Assembly (NCBI GenBank): GCA_031082155.1
Contig: JAVHLL010000011.1
Span: forward strand, 13,064 to 77,063
Source of the DNA: Thermodesulfovibrionales bacterium
Lineage (GTDB): Bacteria; Nitrospirota; Thermodesulfovibrionia; Thermodesulfovibrionales; SM23-35
Length of the DNA: 64,000 nt
Reading direction: 5' to 3'
Each line of letters begins with the position of its first letter. Within the stretch, counting starts at the first letter, position 1. Position numbers and translations under genes: made by a program. Shown piece after piece: positions 19,122-29,164 of this stretch. Below the pieces are notes generated by a model that made no database searches, was not told the DNA's origin, and worked only from the letters and a program-made list of their open reading frames with translations.

Positions 19122-20165
19122 ATGATCAATGAAACCGCCATCAAAAACTACTTCCTGGACAAATTTCCGGATATCTCTGAAATACAGATTCAGAAGCTCG
19201 GCTCCGGAGTACAGGGGTCAGGATTCCTGATCGAGATGAAAACACCGGAGGGGTCAAGCTCATATGTAATTAAAGCACTGCGTTCGGAAGGACTTGGTCA
19301 TGACTACCCTGCGGACAGAGCTTCTGTATTCCTCCTCGATCTCGATGAATTTCAAAACCTTCCCAAACACGTAAGAGCTGTTGATGTCCTCTCTGAAATG
19401 GAAGACGGTTCGATTCATCCTATCGGGGGAGGCAGAGAATATTATCTGCTTATGGAGAGGGCGGAGGGAAGACATTATTTCCACGACCTTGCAGAGTTCT
19501 CAGGCAAGGATATGCTCGATGAACCTGACCGGAAAAAGATCAGGACGATGGTATCCTATCTTGCAACAATCCATGCACGAAAGAAGGATTCCAAAACACT
19601 CTATTGGCGAAAACTGAGAGATACCGTAGGGCACGGTGAATGTTTGATGGGTGTTTTTGATACCTATCCCGATGGAATTATCCCAAATGAATCCATAGTG
19701 AATATATTAAAAAAATCAATAGATTGGATTATAAAACTTAAACCAAAATATAATCGTTTGTCGCAGATACACGGGGATTTTCACCCAGGCAATATTTGGT
19801 TCAGGAACACAGAAGATTTCATTCTCCTTGACCGAAGTCGTGGACCGTGGGGTGAACCGGCAGACGATATTACCGCCCTTGCAATAAACTATATTTTTTT
19901 CAGTATAAAGCATCACGGAGATATTCGAGGCATATATCAGGAGTGCCTGAACATGTTTTTCGACGAATATATCAGGGTGACAGGCGATGAAGAGATTATT
20001 GAAGTCGTCGCGCCTTTTTTTGCGTTCAGGGGGGTTGTTGTTGCCAATCCGGTTTTTTATCCTGAACTGACCCCGGGGCAGAGGAATATTCTCTTCAGAT
20101 TTGTGCAGAACGTTCTGGACGCGGAGCGGTTTGAATACAGGAAAGGGAATGAGTATCTCACGTGA
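19122..20165 (+). CDS. Aminoglycoside-phosphotransferase/choline-kinase-fold (APH family) kinase, substrate unknown
   Basis: Catalytic-loop motif IHGDFHPGNIWF followed by LLDRS (DxD-like). 347 aa. Confidence 0.75.
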   Translation: MINETAIKNYFLDKFPDISEIQIQKLGSGVQGSGFLIEMKTPEGSSSYVIKALRSEGLGHDYPADRASVFLLDLDEFQNLPKHVRAVDVLSEMEDGSIHPIGGGREYYLLMERAEGRHYFHDLAEFSGKDMLDEPDRKKIRTMVSYLATIHARKKDSKTLYWRKLRDTVGHGECLMGVFDTYPDGIIPNESIVNILKKSIDWIIKLKPKYNRLSQIHGDFHPGNIWFRNTEDFILLDRSRGPWGEPADDITALAINYIFFSIKHHGDIRGIYQECLNMFFDEYIRVTGDEEIIEVVAPFFAFRGVVVANPVFYPELTPGQRNILFRFVQNVLDAERFEYRKGNEYLT

Positions 20166-20172
20166 ACCAAAC

Positions 20173-20304
20173 ATGATCAGGAAAAAAGTATCACAGCTGC
20201 TGAAAAATGCGCTAAAAATTTCAGGCGGTGCTGTGCGGGTTGCAATAGGCATCGGATCTGCTGCGCTTCTTCTCTTTTCGCTTATAAAGAAAAAAACAAA
20301 ATAA
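20173..20304 (+). CDS. Possible small C-terminally anchored membrane peptide (43 aa)
   Basis: MIRKKVSQLLKNALKISGGAVRVAIGIGSAALLLFSLIKKKTK has one hydrophobic helix flanked by Lys. No clear SD, so it could be non-coding. Confidence 0.25.
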   Translation: MIRKKVSQLLKNALKISGGAVRVAIGIGSAALLLFSLIKKKTK

Positions 20305-20326
20305 CTACTGTGCGTTCACCAATTCC

Positions 20327-21001
20327 TTATGGTGAATACCGGATGTATTTTTCCCAGATTGAGAGTAGTTCCGCAGTTGCCCTGAGGTCCCCTGCACAAT
20401 ATCGTGCTATATCGATATGTTTTCCTGATTTATAAAGATCTCTTACCTCATATCCTGTAATTCCCTCTTCCTTGGGGCTTTTGATGCCGAATGTCCTGCA
20501 CCACATGTCGAGGCTGAACTTTCTCCTGGAGGCGCCCAAAAAGGAAAGCTGGTCCAGAAGATCTATATGCACCTCATGGTATCTGTTTGGCATCAGATCT
20601 CTTGAAGGTTGGATCCTGTGGACTGCAGAACGGATCATGAGAAAGGGACAGTCAAAGCTTCTGCCGTTGAATGTTACAAATTGTTTATGGTCCTTTATGA
20701 TTCGCCAGAATTTCCCGATGATCTCCTTCTCGGTTCCTGTCTCGAATCGGATATTGTCTTCCTCGAAGGGGAGAAGAGGGTCGCCCGATGTCTGAAAGAA
20801 CACGGACCCTTTCCCCGTACCAGGGTCGAGCAACCCTATTGCGATTATCTCCGCAGTTTGAGGGTGCAGGGAGAGGCGATCCTTGATCTCCTCCTGCTCG
20901 CTCTCTGTTTCGGCATACCGGAGAAGATATTCCTGGGTTGCTGCATCAAAGGAATCAAAATCCCTGCCGAACGTTTCTATGTCAAATATGATCCTGGACA
21001 T
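20327..21001 (-). CDS. RNase H-fold 3'-5' exonuclease (PolB-exonuclease-like)
   Basis: Start at ATG 21001 follows GGAGA. IIFDIETFG (ExoI-like), TFNGRSFDCPF (ExoII-like) and YCAGDLRAT (ExoIII-like) motifs. Confidence 0.7.
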   Translation of the reverse strand: MSRIIFDIETFGRDFDSFDAATQEYLLRYAETESEQEEIKDRLSLHPQTAEIIAIGLLDPGTGKGSVFFQTSGDPLLPFEEDNIRFETGTEKEIIGKFWRIIKDHKQFVTFNGRSFDCPFLMIRSAVHRIQPSRDLMPNRYHEVHIDLLDQLSFLGASRRKFSLDMWCRTFGIKSPKEEGITGYEVRDLYKSGKHIDIARYCAGDLRATAELLSIWEKYIRYSP

Positions 21002-21133
21002 CGATTCTCCAACCGTGCGGTAAACTCTTCTGCCTCTCAAATACATGGGGGCAAAGAAGTTCTGTAACGAATTGCCGAATGAAACGATCCGCCTGCTTCT
21101 GCATCGGAAACGCCATAAAGGGTACAGGCGAAA

Positions 21134-22444
21134 TTACGAAGCCTTCGGGAGTTCTTTGAATATCTTCCAGGTTTTTAAGAGGTCTATTGCCCTTTGCATC
21201 TGAATGTCGTCCTTTTCATCGATTTCTACCGGAATCATTTCCTCTTGGGCGTCAGATTTTTCTTCAGCATCTCCGTTCATTAAATGCCCTTCAAGATCTT
21301 TTTCCCGTATCACCGGGTGGCTCTTTTTCCCGTCTTTCACTTCCGGTTTGACAACGATGTCCGGAGCAATGCCGGTTGTCTGAATTGATATGCCTTTAGG
21401 CGTATAATACCGCGCAGTGGTGAGTCTGAGCGCAGAACCGTCTCCGAGCGGAATTACCGACTGAACAGAACCTTTTCCGAAAGTCTGGGTTCCGATGAGC
21501 ACGGCCCTGTCCCAGTCTTTGAGTGCGCCGGCGACAATCTCCGAAGCGCTTGCACTCCCCTGATTCACGAGTACCACCATGGGAAGAGAGAAGTCTATAC
21601 TGTTTTTTTCGCTCCGGTATTCTGTTTTGGACCCTTTTTTGTCCTTGATGAATACGACCAATTTCCCCTGGGGAAGGAACTTGCTCGAGACGTCAACAGC
21701 ACTGTTAAGAAGCCCTCCCGGATTATTCCTGAGATCAAGAATAAGAGAGGTAATATTCTGTTTCATCAGACTTTCGAGAGCACGGGAGAGGTCATCGGCG
21801 GTCTGTTCCTGGAACTGGTTGACTTTTATGAGACCGATATTGTTCTCGATCATTTTAGATTTCACACTCTTGATTTTAATGACCTCCCGGATGAGGGTGA
21901 AGTCTTTTGCCTCTTTCCAGCCCTCACGGAAAATAGATATCTTCACTGATGTCGAGGGTGCACCCCTCATCTTGCTCACGGCATCGTGGAGCGTCATGTC
22001 CTTTGTGAAATCGTTGTTGATCTTGATGATCTTGTCACCCGCTTCTATCCCTGCCCTGTATGCGGGAGTGTCTTCTATGGGTGCGATCACGGTAAGCATT
22101 CCATCTTTTATCCCGATTTGTATACCGAGCCCCCCGAATTCGCCCCTGGTATCCACCTGCATCTCCTTGTATTGATCGGGGGACATGAAGGCAGAATGGG
22201 GATCGAGGGAACTGAGCATGCCTTTGATTGCGCCATAGACCAGATCTTTCGGTTTTGCATCCTCGACATAATTTTTCCTGACGATTGAGAGCGCCTCCGT
22301 AAAGACTTTCAGTTCCTCATATCCGTCTGCCTGGGCAGAGACGCTGCTGATTGTCCATCTTCCGATAAAAATACCTGCCGCAATGATTGTGCAGACAAGA
22401 ACTGCGTTTACGATCATCTTTGTGTTCAAAATCTTCTTCGTCAT
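21134..22444 (-). CDS. ctpA: Carboxy-terminal processing protease (S41 family)
   Basis: PDZ region plus the S41 catalytic motif VLVNQGSASASEIVAGALKD. ATG 22444 preferred because GGAGGA lies 10 nt upstream. The track ORF starts at GTG 22462. Confidence 0.9.
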   Translation of the reverse strand: MTKKILNTKMIVNAVLVCTIIAAGIFIGRWTISSVSAQADGYEELKVFTEALSIVRKNYVEDAKPKDLVYGAIKGMLSSLDPHSAFMSPDQYKEMQVDTRGEFGGLGIQIGIKDGMLTVIAPIEDTPAYRAGIEAGDKIIKINNDFTKDMTLHDAVSKMRGAPSTSVKISIFREGWKEAKDFTLIREVIKIKSVKSKMIENNIGLIKVNQFQEQTADDLSRALESLMKQNITSLILDLRNNPGGLLNSAVDVSSKFLPQGKLVVFIKDKKGSKTEYRSEKNSIDFSLPMVVLVNQGSASASEIVAGALKDWDRAVLIGTQTFGKGSVQSVIPLGDGSALRLTTARYYTPKGISIQTTGIAPDIVVKPEVKDGKKSHPVIREKDLEGHLMNGDAEEKSDAQEEMIPVEIDEKDDIQMQRAIDLLKTWKIFKELPKAS

Positions 22445-22465
22445 TCTTTCTCTATCCTCCACAGT

Positions 22466-23638
22466 TTATCTTCTTCGTAACCATTGCAAAGGATCGAGGG
22501 GTTTCCCTTTATACCGGAGTTCGAAATATACACCCGGTGAATTCACAATACCTGAAATTCCGACCCTTCCAATTATCTGTTTCTCTTTTATTATATCTCC
22601 AACGCTTGCAAAAATCTCTGACAAACTTCCATACAGGGTATGGTATCCGTCGCCGTGGTTGAGAATAAGGAGCTGTCCGTATCCTTTGAACCACTCAGCA
22701 AAGACTACCTTGCCGCCATAGACTGCTTTTGCAGCAGAATCCGCACCAGACTGTATATAGGTGCCGCTTCTGAAAATCGGGGTATTGAACTGCGGGTCCC
22801 GCTGTGATCCGTATTGTACGACTACCTTTCCGTCTACCGGCCAGGGGAGCTTCCCCTTGAGGTTTGATAAGCCTTTCCCTTCGAACTTATCGTCCCGCGC
22901 TGCTTTTTCGGACTCCCTGATGATGTCAAGGAGTTTTTCGGATGCGTCCTGCAGTTCGCGCAACATCCTTTTGTACGATGCTTCTTCCCTTTTCACCGAA
23001 GTAAGCAGGGTTTCCCTGTCCGTTTTCTTTTTTTCGAGGGACTCTTCCTCGTCTTTCACCTTTTGCCTGTTTCGTATCAGTTCGGCCTTAAGGGAAACAA
23101 GCTGCCTCTCTTTCCTGTTCAGCTGGTCGAGATTTTCTTTATAGTTGTTCAGGAGTCTGTTTTCATGGACTGCAATATACTGCAGATATTTTGTGGTTTT
23201 CGAAAGCTGTACAATGTCATCGGCATTCAGTAGCAGCATTACGGTGTCTGCATCCCGTCCATACCGTTGTATTGCCCGAAGTTTTCTTTTTAACCATTCA
23301 CACTGTTTTTCAAGGTTGCTTCTGTTTGCAAAAATCTCGGATTCGACTTGGGTAATTTTTGACTCTGTATATACCAGGCTGTTCTTGTATTTTTTGAGTG
23401 CGGACTCGGTCATCTTTAGTTGCTTGTTCATGTTTTCGATATCGGAAAGAACCGAATATTCACGTTTCCTGACGTGTTCCAGCTTCTTTTTGTGCGTATC
23501 GATCTCTTTCTGTATTTTATTGTATTCTTCATGTGGCGAGACGGCCATGCAGGGGCGGGGAACGGTGAAAGGACATACAAGAGAGAACATCATAACAAGA
23601 ACTCCGATGAGTATGCCCGGTCTGCGCTTACTCCTCAT
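22466..23638 (-). CDS. envC: Murein hydrolase activator EnvC-like (coiled coil + degenerate LytM/M23 domain)
   Basis: Long coiled coil followed by an M23-like domain in which the terminal HxH is replaced (GVYFELRY). It lies immediately downstream of ftsEX. Confidence 0.85.
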   Translation of the reverse strand: MRSKRRPGILIGVLVMMFSLVCPFTVPRPCMAVSPHEEYNKIQKEIDTHKKKLEHVRKREYSVLSDIENMNKQLKMTESALKKYKNSLVYTESKITQVESEIFANRSNLEKQCEWLKRKLRAIQRYGRDADTVMLLLNADDIVQLSKTTKYLQYIAVHENRLLNNYKENLDQLNRKERQLVSLKAELIRNRQKVKDEEESLEKKKTDRETLLTSVKREEASYKRMLRELQDASEKLLDIIRESEKAARDDKFEGKGLSNLKGKLPWPVDGKVVVQYGSQRDPQFNTPIFRSGTYIQSGADSAAKAVYGGKVVFAEWFKGYGQLLILNHGDGYHTLYGSLSEIFASVGDIIKEKQIIGRVGISGIVNSPGVYFELRYKGKPLDPLQWLRRR

Positions 23639-24516
23639 TAGTACCGTATTCTCCCGATTGCGATTAGAGCCCCGGCTATCCCGAGGAGGAGACCGGCTGC
23701 CGGAAGAGCGAGAAACAATTCCAATGGGAAATACATGGAGTTCAGAAGCGGAAAGGTCTGGTTCAGCTTGAAAATGAAGGTATAGTAAAACGATACGATG
23801 GTGATGCAGCTGATCAGTCCGCCCCCTGTGCCGATCACCGCACCTTCTATCAGAAATGGAGTCCTGATGAATCCTTTTGTCGCTCCGAGGAGCTTATAGG
23901 TCTTTATTTCCTCGTCCTTTCTGTAAAATAGTATTTTCACCGTGCTGTAGCAGATGAAGATCATCCCGGCCGAGAGAACAATGAGGAATACCAACCCGAT
24001 GGTGTTCATACCTTTCCTTACGGAATGGAGCGAAGCAAGAAATTTTTCGCCGTATTCTATTTCGTTTATCCCTGTATGTTTCTTCAGTTTTGTAATAAGC
24101 TTTTTCACAGACTCGGGTCCGAGGAGATGGGCTTTGAGTTTAATCTCTATCGAATCCGGCAGGGGATTCTCTTCCAGACCGTCGAGAATATATTCAGTAT
24201 TTCTGAGAGTAGCCTTAAGTTCACTGAATGCTTCATCTTTCGGAATGAAAAGTACCTTATCCACTGAATGGTCCTGCCTGATCTCCTCGATAAGGGTGTC
24301 AATTTCCACACGTGACAACGAGTCCTTTAAATAGAGCATGACGGAGAATTTTTCAGGGAGCTTCCTCGTCATGAGATCGATATTGTATACGGTAAGAAGT
24401 GTTATGGCGGTAAAGAGGAGGCCGATAGCCATGGTGAGCATGGAAAGTAAATTAATCCATTTTTCGTGCAGAAGGCTTGATATTGCCACTCTGAAAGAAT
24501 AAGGAAGAGACATCAC
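23638..24516 (-). CDS. ftsX: Cell-division ABC permease-like protein FtsX
   Basis: 292 aa. Four TM segments with a large first periplasmic loop. 4-nt overlap with ftsE. Confidence 0.9.
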   Translation of the reverse strand: MMSLPYSFRVAISSLLHEKWINLLSMLTMAIGLLFTAITLLTVYNIDLMTRKLPEKFSVMLYLKDSLSRVEIDTLIEEIRQDHSVDKVLFIPKDEAFSELKATLRNTEYILDGLEENPLPDSIEIKLKAHLLGPESVKKLITKLKKHTGINEIEYGEKFLASLHSVRKGMNTIGLVFLIVLSAGMIFICYSTVKILFYRKDEEIKTYKLLGATKGFIRTPFLIEGAVIGTGGGLISCITIVSFYYTFIFKLNQTFPLLNSMYFPLELFLALPAAGLLLGIAGALIAIGRIRY

Positions 24517-25175
24517 CCGATCGCCTCTCCGACGAAATTCCCGAAGTCGAGCTTCAGTACCCTTTTCCCGGTATCCCTGAACAGTTCTCTGTTGTGGGTG
24601 GCGATCAGGATTGTGGCGCCCCGTGCATTAATCTCTTTGAATGTTCTGATGATTCCTGCTGAAGTATCCGGATCCACATTCCCGGTGGGTTCGTCGGCAA
24701 GTATAAGAATTGGTTCCGCAACGATTGCCCGTGCGATAGCAATACGCTGCTGTTCCCCGCCTGACAGGGCATGAGGATAGTTATCAGTCTTATGTCTCAG
24801 ATTTACTATTTTCAACGAGTCGAATACCCGCGCTTTTACCTCTCTTTCGTCGACTCCCCTGATCCGCAGTGCGATCGCTACGTTTTCAAATACGTTCATG
24901 TTGAATAACAGTCTGAATTCCTGGTATACAACACCGATCTTTCTTCTTAGCACAGGGACATCGGAATCTCTCATAGTGTTGATTTCCCAGCCGGACACAA
25001 ACACGGAACCCTCATCAGCTCTTTCTGAAAGATAAATAAGTTTAAGAAGAGTCGATTTGCCGGAGCCGCTTGGCCCTGTAATGAAGACCATTTCACCCCT
25101 TTCAACGGAAAAGGAGACCTTCCTGAGAGCGGTATGATTGTCGTAGAGCTTTGAAACGTCCTCGAACCGAATCAT
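24513..25175 (-). CDS. ftsE: Cell-division ATP-binding protein FtsE
   Basis: Walker A GPSGSGKST, signature LSGGEQQR, Walker [11 protein letters not shown]. 220 aa. Confidence 0.93.
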   Translation of the reverse strand: MIRFEDVSKLYDNHTALRKVSFSVERGEMVFITGPSGSGKSTLLKLIYLSERADEGSVFVSGWEINTMRDSDVPVLRRKIGVVYQEFRLLFNMNVFENVAIALRIRGVDEREVKARVFDSLKIVNLRHKTDNYPHALSGGEQQRIAIARAIVAEPILILADEPTGNVDPDTSAGIIRTFKEINARGATILIATHNRELFRDTGKRVLKLDFGNFVGEAIG

Positions 25176-25218
25176 GACTTAGTATTGTCCCGTAAAGGCC
25201 TAATTATGAATGCGGGTA

Positions 25219-26166
25219 TCATTTCAGTGCTTTCTTGATCGTCTTCACAATTTTATCCGGAGTCAGGCCATAGAATTTCAGGAGTTCTTCTGAACTGCCA
25301 GAACAACCGAATTCGTCTCTGATGCCTATTTTTACAACCGGAACAGGATAGTGTTCAGAAAGAAATTCGCTTACCGCACTTCCCAGTCCTCCGATGACCG
25401 AATGTTCTTCCGCAGTGACGAGAACGCGGCACGACTTTGCCGCTTTGAGCAGGGTTTTCGTATCAAGCGGTTTTATCGTTGACATATTGATGACGCCTGT
25501 GTCGATACCGTTCTTTTTCAGAATTTCCGCAGCCGCGATCGCCATGGAGACCATAATTCCTGCTGCGATGATATTTGCGTCTTTTCCCATATTAAATACA
25601 TGTGCTTTCCCTATCTTAAACCGGTACCTTTCGGGCATAACAGAGGGTACCTTGGACCTGCCGAGCCTCACATACACCGGACCGAAATATTCGTCTGCAA
25701 TCGTATTGATAACCTGCGTTGTCTCATACCCGTCAGAGGGCACGATAACCGTCATATTCGGAAGCACCCTCATGAGTGCGATATCTTCCACTGCCTGGTG
25801 AGACGCTCCGTCTTCGCCGACGGTAATGCCGCTGTGCGTTGCAACGAGTTTGACATTCAGATTCGAGTAGCATACAGTCTGCCGTATCTGTTCCCAGGCA
25901 CGCCCTGTTTCAAAGACCGCAAACGTGGATGCAAACGGGAGTTTTCCTGTTAACGAAAGTCCGCTTGCCATTCCGATCATATCCTGCTCCGCGACCCCTA
26001 TGTTAAAGAAGCGTTCCGGAAAAGCTTTCCCAAATTTCCCTGTCTTTGTCGAGCCTGAAAGGTCCGCATCGAGGACCACAATATCCAGTCGCCGTTTCCC
26101 TAATTCGAGCAGTGCTTCACCATATGCATCCCGTGTTGCCATAGATTTATTTGCCATCTTCATCAA
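25219..26166 (-). CDS. Transketolase, C-terminal (pyrimidine-binding) subunit
   Basis: 315 aa. [13 protein letters not shown]...[14 protein letters not shown] is typical of the split transketolase B subunit. Confidence 0.92.
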   Translation of the reverse strand: MMKMANKSMATRDAYGEALLELGKRRLDIVVLDADLSGSTKTGKFGKAFPERFFNIGVAEQDMIGMASGLSLTGKLPFASTFAVFETGRAWEQIRQTVCYSNLNVKLVATHSGITVGEDGASHQAVEDIALMRVLPNMTVIVPSDGYETTQVINTIADEYFGPVYVRLGRSKVPSVMPERYRFKIGKAHVFNMGKDANIIAAGIMVSMAIAAAEILKKNGIDTGVINMSTIKPLDTKTLLKAAKSCRVLVTAEEHSVIGGLGSAVSEFLSEHYPVPVVKIGIRDEFGCSGSSEELLKFYGLTPDKIVKTIKKALK

Positions 26167-26986
26167 GCTCCTTTAGCGCTTTTTTAAGCTCCTCCGGGGT
26201 AGGCGCCATACCGTGGTACTGGACCTTGCCCTCGAAGAAAGATATCCCTTTCCCCTTTACGGTACGTGCAACAATCATAGTCGGTTTGTCCCTTACAGTC
26301 TCTGCCTGATCGAGTGCATTCACGATGGCTGCCATATCATGTCCGTTGATGTCAAAGACGTTCCACCCGAATGCCTCCCATTTCTTCACGATCGGCTCGA
26401 TATACATGACGTCGCAGCAGTGACCGTCAATCTGAAGACCGTTATTGTCTACAAAGGCACACAGGTTATCGAGCTTATAGTGCGCTGCAGTCATCGCAGC
26501 TTCCCAAACCTGTCCTTCCTGAATCTCGCCGTCGCCGAGGAGACAGTATACTCGTGAACCCAGTCCGTCCAGTTTTAATCCTGCAGCAATGCCGTTCGCG
26601 ATAGAAAGACCCTGTCCCAGAGAACCGGTCGAAATCTCAACTCCGGGGAGAGTCCTGGAACAGGGATGTCCTTGGAGGGGACTCCCCAATTTCCTCAATG
26701 TCTTCATGAGGGATTTACTGAAGTATCCTGACAGCGCAAGTGCTGCATAAAGCAGGGGAGCGGCATGTCCCTTGGAAAGAATGAATCTGTCCCTTTCCCT
26801 CCATTTCGGATCTTTCGGGTTGTGTCTCATCTTATGGAAGTAGAGTGCGGTAACGATATCCGCCGCTGAAAGGGACCCGCCTGTATGACCGGATTGTGCA
26901 GTTGTCAGCATTTTGAGGATTTCCTTCCTCAATTCCTTTGCTTTTTCCTTCAGTTCGATAACTGTTGCCTGTGACACCTTAGCCAT
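26147..26986 (-). CDS. Transketolase, N-terminal (TPP-binding) subunit
   Basis: 279 aa. [13 protein letters not shown]...[11 protein letters not shown]...GSLGQGLS...[13 protein letters not shown] are TPP-binding motifs. Confidence 0.92.
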   Translation of the reverse strand: MAKVSQATVIELKEKAKELRKEILKMLTTAQSGHTGGSLSAADIVTALYFHKMRHNPKDPKWRERDRFILSKGHAAPLLYAALALSGYFSKSLMKTLRKLGSPLQGHPCSRTLPGVEISTGSLGQGLSIANGIAAGLKLDGLGSRVYCLLGDGEIQEGQVWEAAMTAAHYKLDNLCAFVDNNGLQIDGHCCDVMYIEPIVKKWEAFGWNVFDINGHDMAAIVNALDQAETVRDKPTMIVARTVKGKGISFFEGKVQYHGMAPTPEELKKALKELDEDGK

Positions 26987-26987
26987 T

Positions 26988-27401
26988 TCATGTATTCCTT
27001 TTCAAAATGTAATTGAGGAGTATATCATCGAGACTTTGTGTTGCCTGTATTCTTTCCCCGCCCTTTTCTGTATCAGGGAGAGATTCTTTTTCTTCCCCGG
27101 GCTGCGCCTGTTCAGACTGCATCGGCTGCGGAATTTCTTCTTCTCTGTATTCTCCACTGTATTTCCCGGACAGAAGTTCCTTTATCATGACCTTATGCTG
27201 TTTCTTCATGATATCCCTGGCTTTCTCCTTAAAGTCAGGGTCATTCACGATATGTGCATAACTTGTCTTTTTTGAAGCGAGGATTGCACCTTGTGAATAG
27301 AGAAGGGTTAAAATTACGGGATTTTTCTGCCCACTGTCCTCTGTCTGAATATGATATACCGTATCTTTATAAGTTATGTTCGTGTTATAACCGACAAGCA
27401 T
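26988..27401 (-). CDS. Conserved-looking hypothetical protein (N-terminal YHIQTED motif, acidic low-complexity tail)
   Basis: 137 aa. Compact N-domain VYHIQTEDSGQKNPVILTLLYSQGAIL, then a Glu/Gln-rich tail. Stop lies 1 nt from the transketolase start, and TATAAT lies 9 nt upstream of the ATG. Confidence 0.6.
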   Translation of the reverse strand: MLVGYNTNITYKDTVYHIQTEDSGQKNPVILTLLYSQGAILASKKTSYAHIVNDPDFKEKARDIMKKQHKVMIKELLSGKYSGEYREEEIPQPMQSEQAQPGEEKESLPDTEKGGERIQATQSLDDILLNYILKRNT

Positions 27402-27548
27402 CGCTTACTAATTATATATATCAGGGGAGTAAAAAGAAAAGGGGTTGCAGAAGGCCTGATGAAAGAAGTTTGATTTAAAACTTTAGTAGTATGACAACCC
27501 ATACTTTTGTTCTGTTGACTCTAAACCCCCACAATTTTAAATTTAAGT

Positions 27549-27779
27549 ATGAGTGCGAAAATATCCGGCAAAACAGTCTCTTTTGCGAACAGGGAAGATT
27601 TATTTGAGAAGACAGAAAGAAGGGAGATTCGTTGTAAAGCCCTTGATATCGGGCTTGAGTCATTCGTCGTATGCCTTGAGGAGACTCCCTGGACATGTAC
27701 TCACTCATTTCATTTCGGAGGCAAGCATTTCTGCAAATGGCCTGCCCGTGTGCATGCTGCCAAGACATTCAGAGAATGA
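27549..27779 (+). CDS. Doubtful 76-aa Cys/His-containing ORF in an otherwise ORF-poor stretch
   Basis: MSAKISGKTVSFANREDLFEKTERREIRCKALDIGLESFVVCLEETPWTCTHSFHFGGKHFCKWPARVH... No SD and no recognisable family. Listed only because it is the most protein-like frame in 27402-27922. Confidence 0.15.
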   Translation: MSAKISGKTVSFANREDLFEKTERREIRCKALDIGLESFVVCLEETPWTCTHSFHFGGKHFCKWPARVHAAKTFRE

Positions 27780-27922
27780 CGGTTCAGCCGGAACAAGACA
27801 ACAAAAAGATTATTCTCAGTCTTCAGTCATAAGAGTAGATATTGGTTTGATTCTTCCTGAAAAAGTGCACAGACACTCTCTTTTTAAGAGTCACTAGTTC
27901 ACATGAGAATCCCTACTTATGG

Positions 27923-29110
27923 TTATTTGTTATTCGCTTTTCCCATAATCAATTTTAGAATGCGTTCACCATTATCATCTTTTCTCGATAAGGCATAATT
28001 CTGTGATAATGAAGCAGGTGTTTCAATCTCCTTAGATAATATTTCTTCATGAGCAATCTCATCTAAGAGAACGCTTTCGAGAATGGTATTTCTTATTCCT
28101 CTGCGAGTTTGTGAAGAATTAGCTTGTACTGAATTATTGAGATATTTATAAGCGTTAGAATACTGTTCTTCTTCCAACTCCCTGAGAAGTTTGATATCTT
28201 TCGATTTTGTTAGGGTTGCAACCTTACCCATAAATTCGGCATATCTATCCGCAGTAGTTTCAGGGGAAGTTAAATGTCTGCGGTTGAGTACCACGAAGGA
28301 CCATAAGCTATAAAAATTAGCTAAGCCCTTGGCGTATCTCGTGATAGCCTGATTATAGTGCTCCATTTGCAGAATATAGTTTTTTACAACTTCCAAATTC
28401 TCATAAAACTCCCTCTCATTAAAATCATCGAGTGTTTCCTGCGGTGAGTCATACTCTGCATATAAACCATCAAGAATATTTTGATCATATCCTGAAATAC
28501 GATTTTTGATTAGAACGCTCAGGAGTTCAGATATATATTGCACATCTTTCATTCTTCTTATCATTGCTTTCACAATAACGCCTAATTGTTCCCATTCCTC
28601 TTTCACAACTTCTGCCTCGGCAACTGATATGAACCAACCATCAAATTTTGCGTGCCTTAATTCTTGACGTTCCAATTTCCTCGAATTCCTGTTGAGCCGA
28701 TCAAATATTTCGTTGATCATTCCATCGTCTGTTATTTCAATAAATTCAACTGGCATTGAGTAATTCAGATAACCTTCAATCAAATCCATTTCATTTTTAA
28801 TACCTTCCCATGAGTTCCCATTCAGTCTTCTCTCACCATATTTCTTGTCAAGAGTGAGTTTGTTATTCCTGAAATAAATCAGGGTTTCAAGTCTTTGTTT
28901 GCCGTCAACAACATGGTAGATCATTCTGCCCAATGCTCTATCTGTTTTTTGATATAGAAATATTGCAGGACAAGGGAAATTCCTAAAAACAGTATCAAGG
29001 AAGAATCTTCGGTCATTCAGTGTCCACACACTTCTTCGCTGATAAGGCGGATCTAAGTCCAATTGTCCATAGTCATGCATATCAAGAAACCATCGTACAG
29101 TTTTTTTCAT
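27923..29110 (-). CDS. DUF262 (ParB-like NTPase / GmrSD N-domain) protein without a recognisable nuclease domain
   Basis: LDPPYQRRSVW...FLDTVFRNFPCPAIFLY...VVDGKQRLETL (the DGQQR-type motif of DUF262), followed by a helical C-terminal region with no His-Me/HNH motif. Markedly AT-rich codon usage. AGGAGA SD. Confidence 0.8.
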   Translation of the reverse strand: MKKTVRWFLDMHDYGQLDLDPPYQRRSVWTLNDRRFFLDTVFRNFPCPAIFLYQKTDRALGRMIYHVVDGKQRLETLIYFRNNKLTLDKKYGERRLNGNSWEGIKNEMDLIEGYLNYSMPVEFIEITDDGMINEIFDRLNRNSRKLERQELRHAKFDGWFISVAEAEVVKEEWEQLGVIVKAMIRRMKDVQYISELLSVLIKNRISGYDQNILDGLYAEYDSPQETLDDFNEREFYENLEVVKNYILQMEHYNQAITRYAKGLANFYSLWSFVVLNRRHLTSPETTADRYAEFMGKVATLTKSKDIKLLRELEEEQYSNAYKYLNNSVQANSSQTRRGIRNTILESVLLDEIAHEEILSKEIETPASLSQNYALSRKDDNGERILKLIMGKANNK

Positions 29111-29164
29111 TCTTATCTCCTGAGTTTTGGGGATTTCATTGAGTAACAGAATAAAATATGAAAT

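Noticed and set aside
19716-20252. 178-aa minus-strand ORF, and similarly the 205-aa ORF at 47468-48085
   Set aside because: Both are antisense shadows of well-supported genes (the APH-family kinase and the fused FtsX permease), with low-complexity, Arg/Cys-rich translations.
27550-27800. Possible group II intron fragment (GUGCG at 27552-27556) or retron-like ncRNA
   Set aside because: No domain V-like AGC...helix, no reverse transcriptase or maturase ORF, and the stretch is far too short. GTGCG alone is expected by chance.
27402-27922. tmRNA, RNase P RNA, 6S RNA or a TPP riboswitch upstream of transketolase
   Set aside because: I could not find the conserved cores on either strand: GAGGAAAGUCCGG for RNase P, a tRNA-like end with CCA and an ...ALAA tag for tmRNA, and GGGGUGC...CUGAGA...ACCUGAUCUGGAUAAUGCCAGCG for TPP. 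A CTGAGA on the minus strand lacks the rest of the motif. The region is kept as unexplained rather than assigned.
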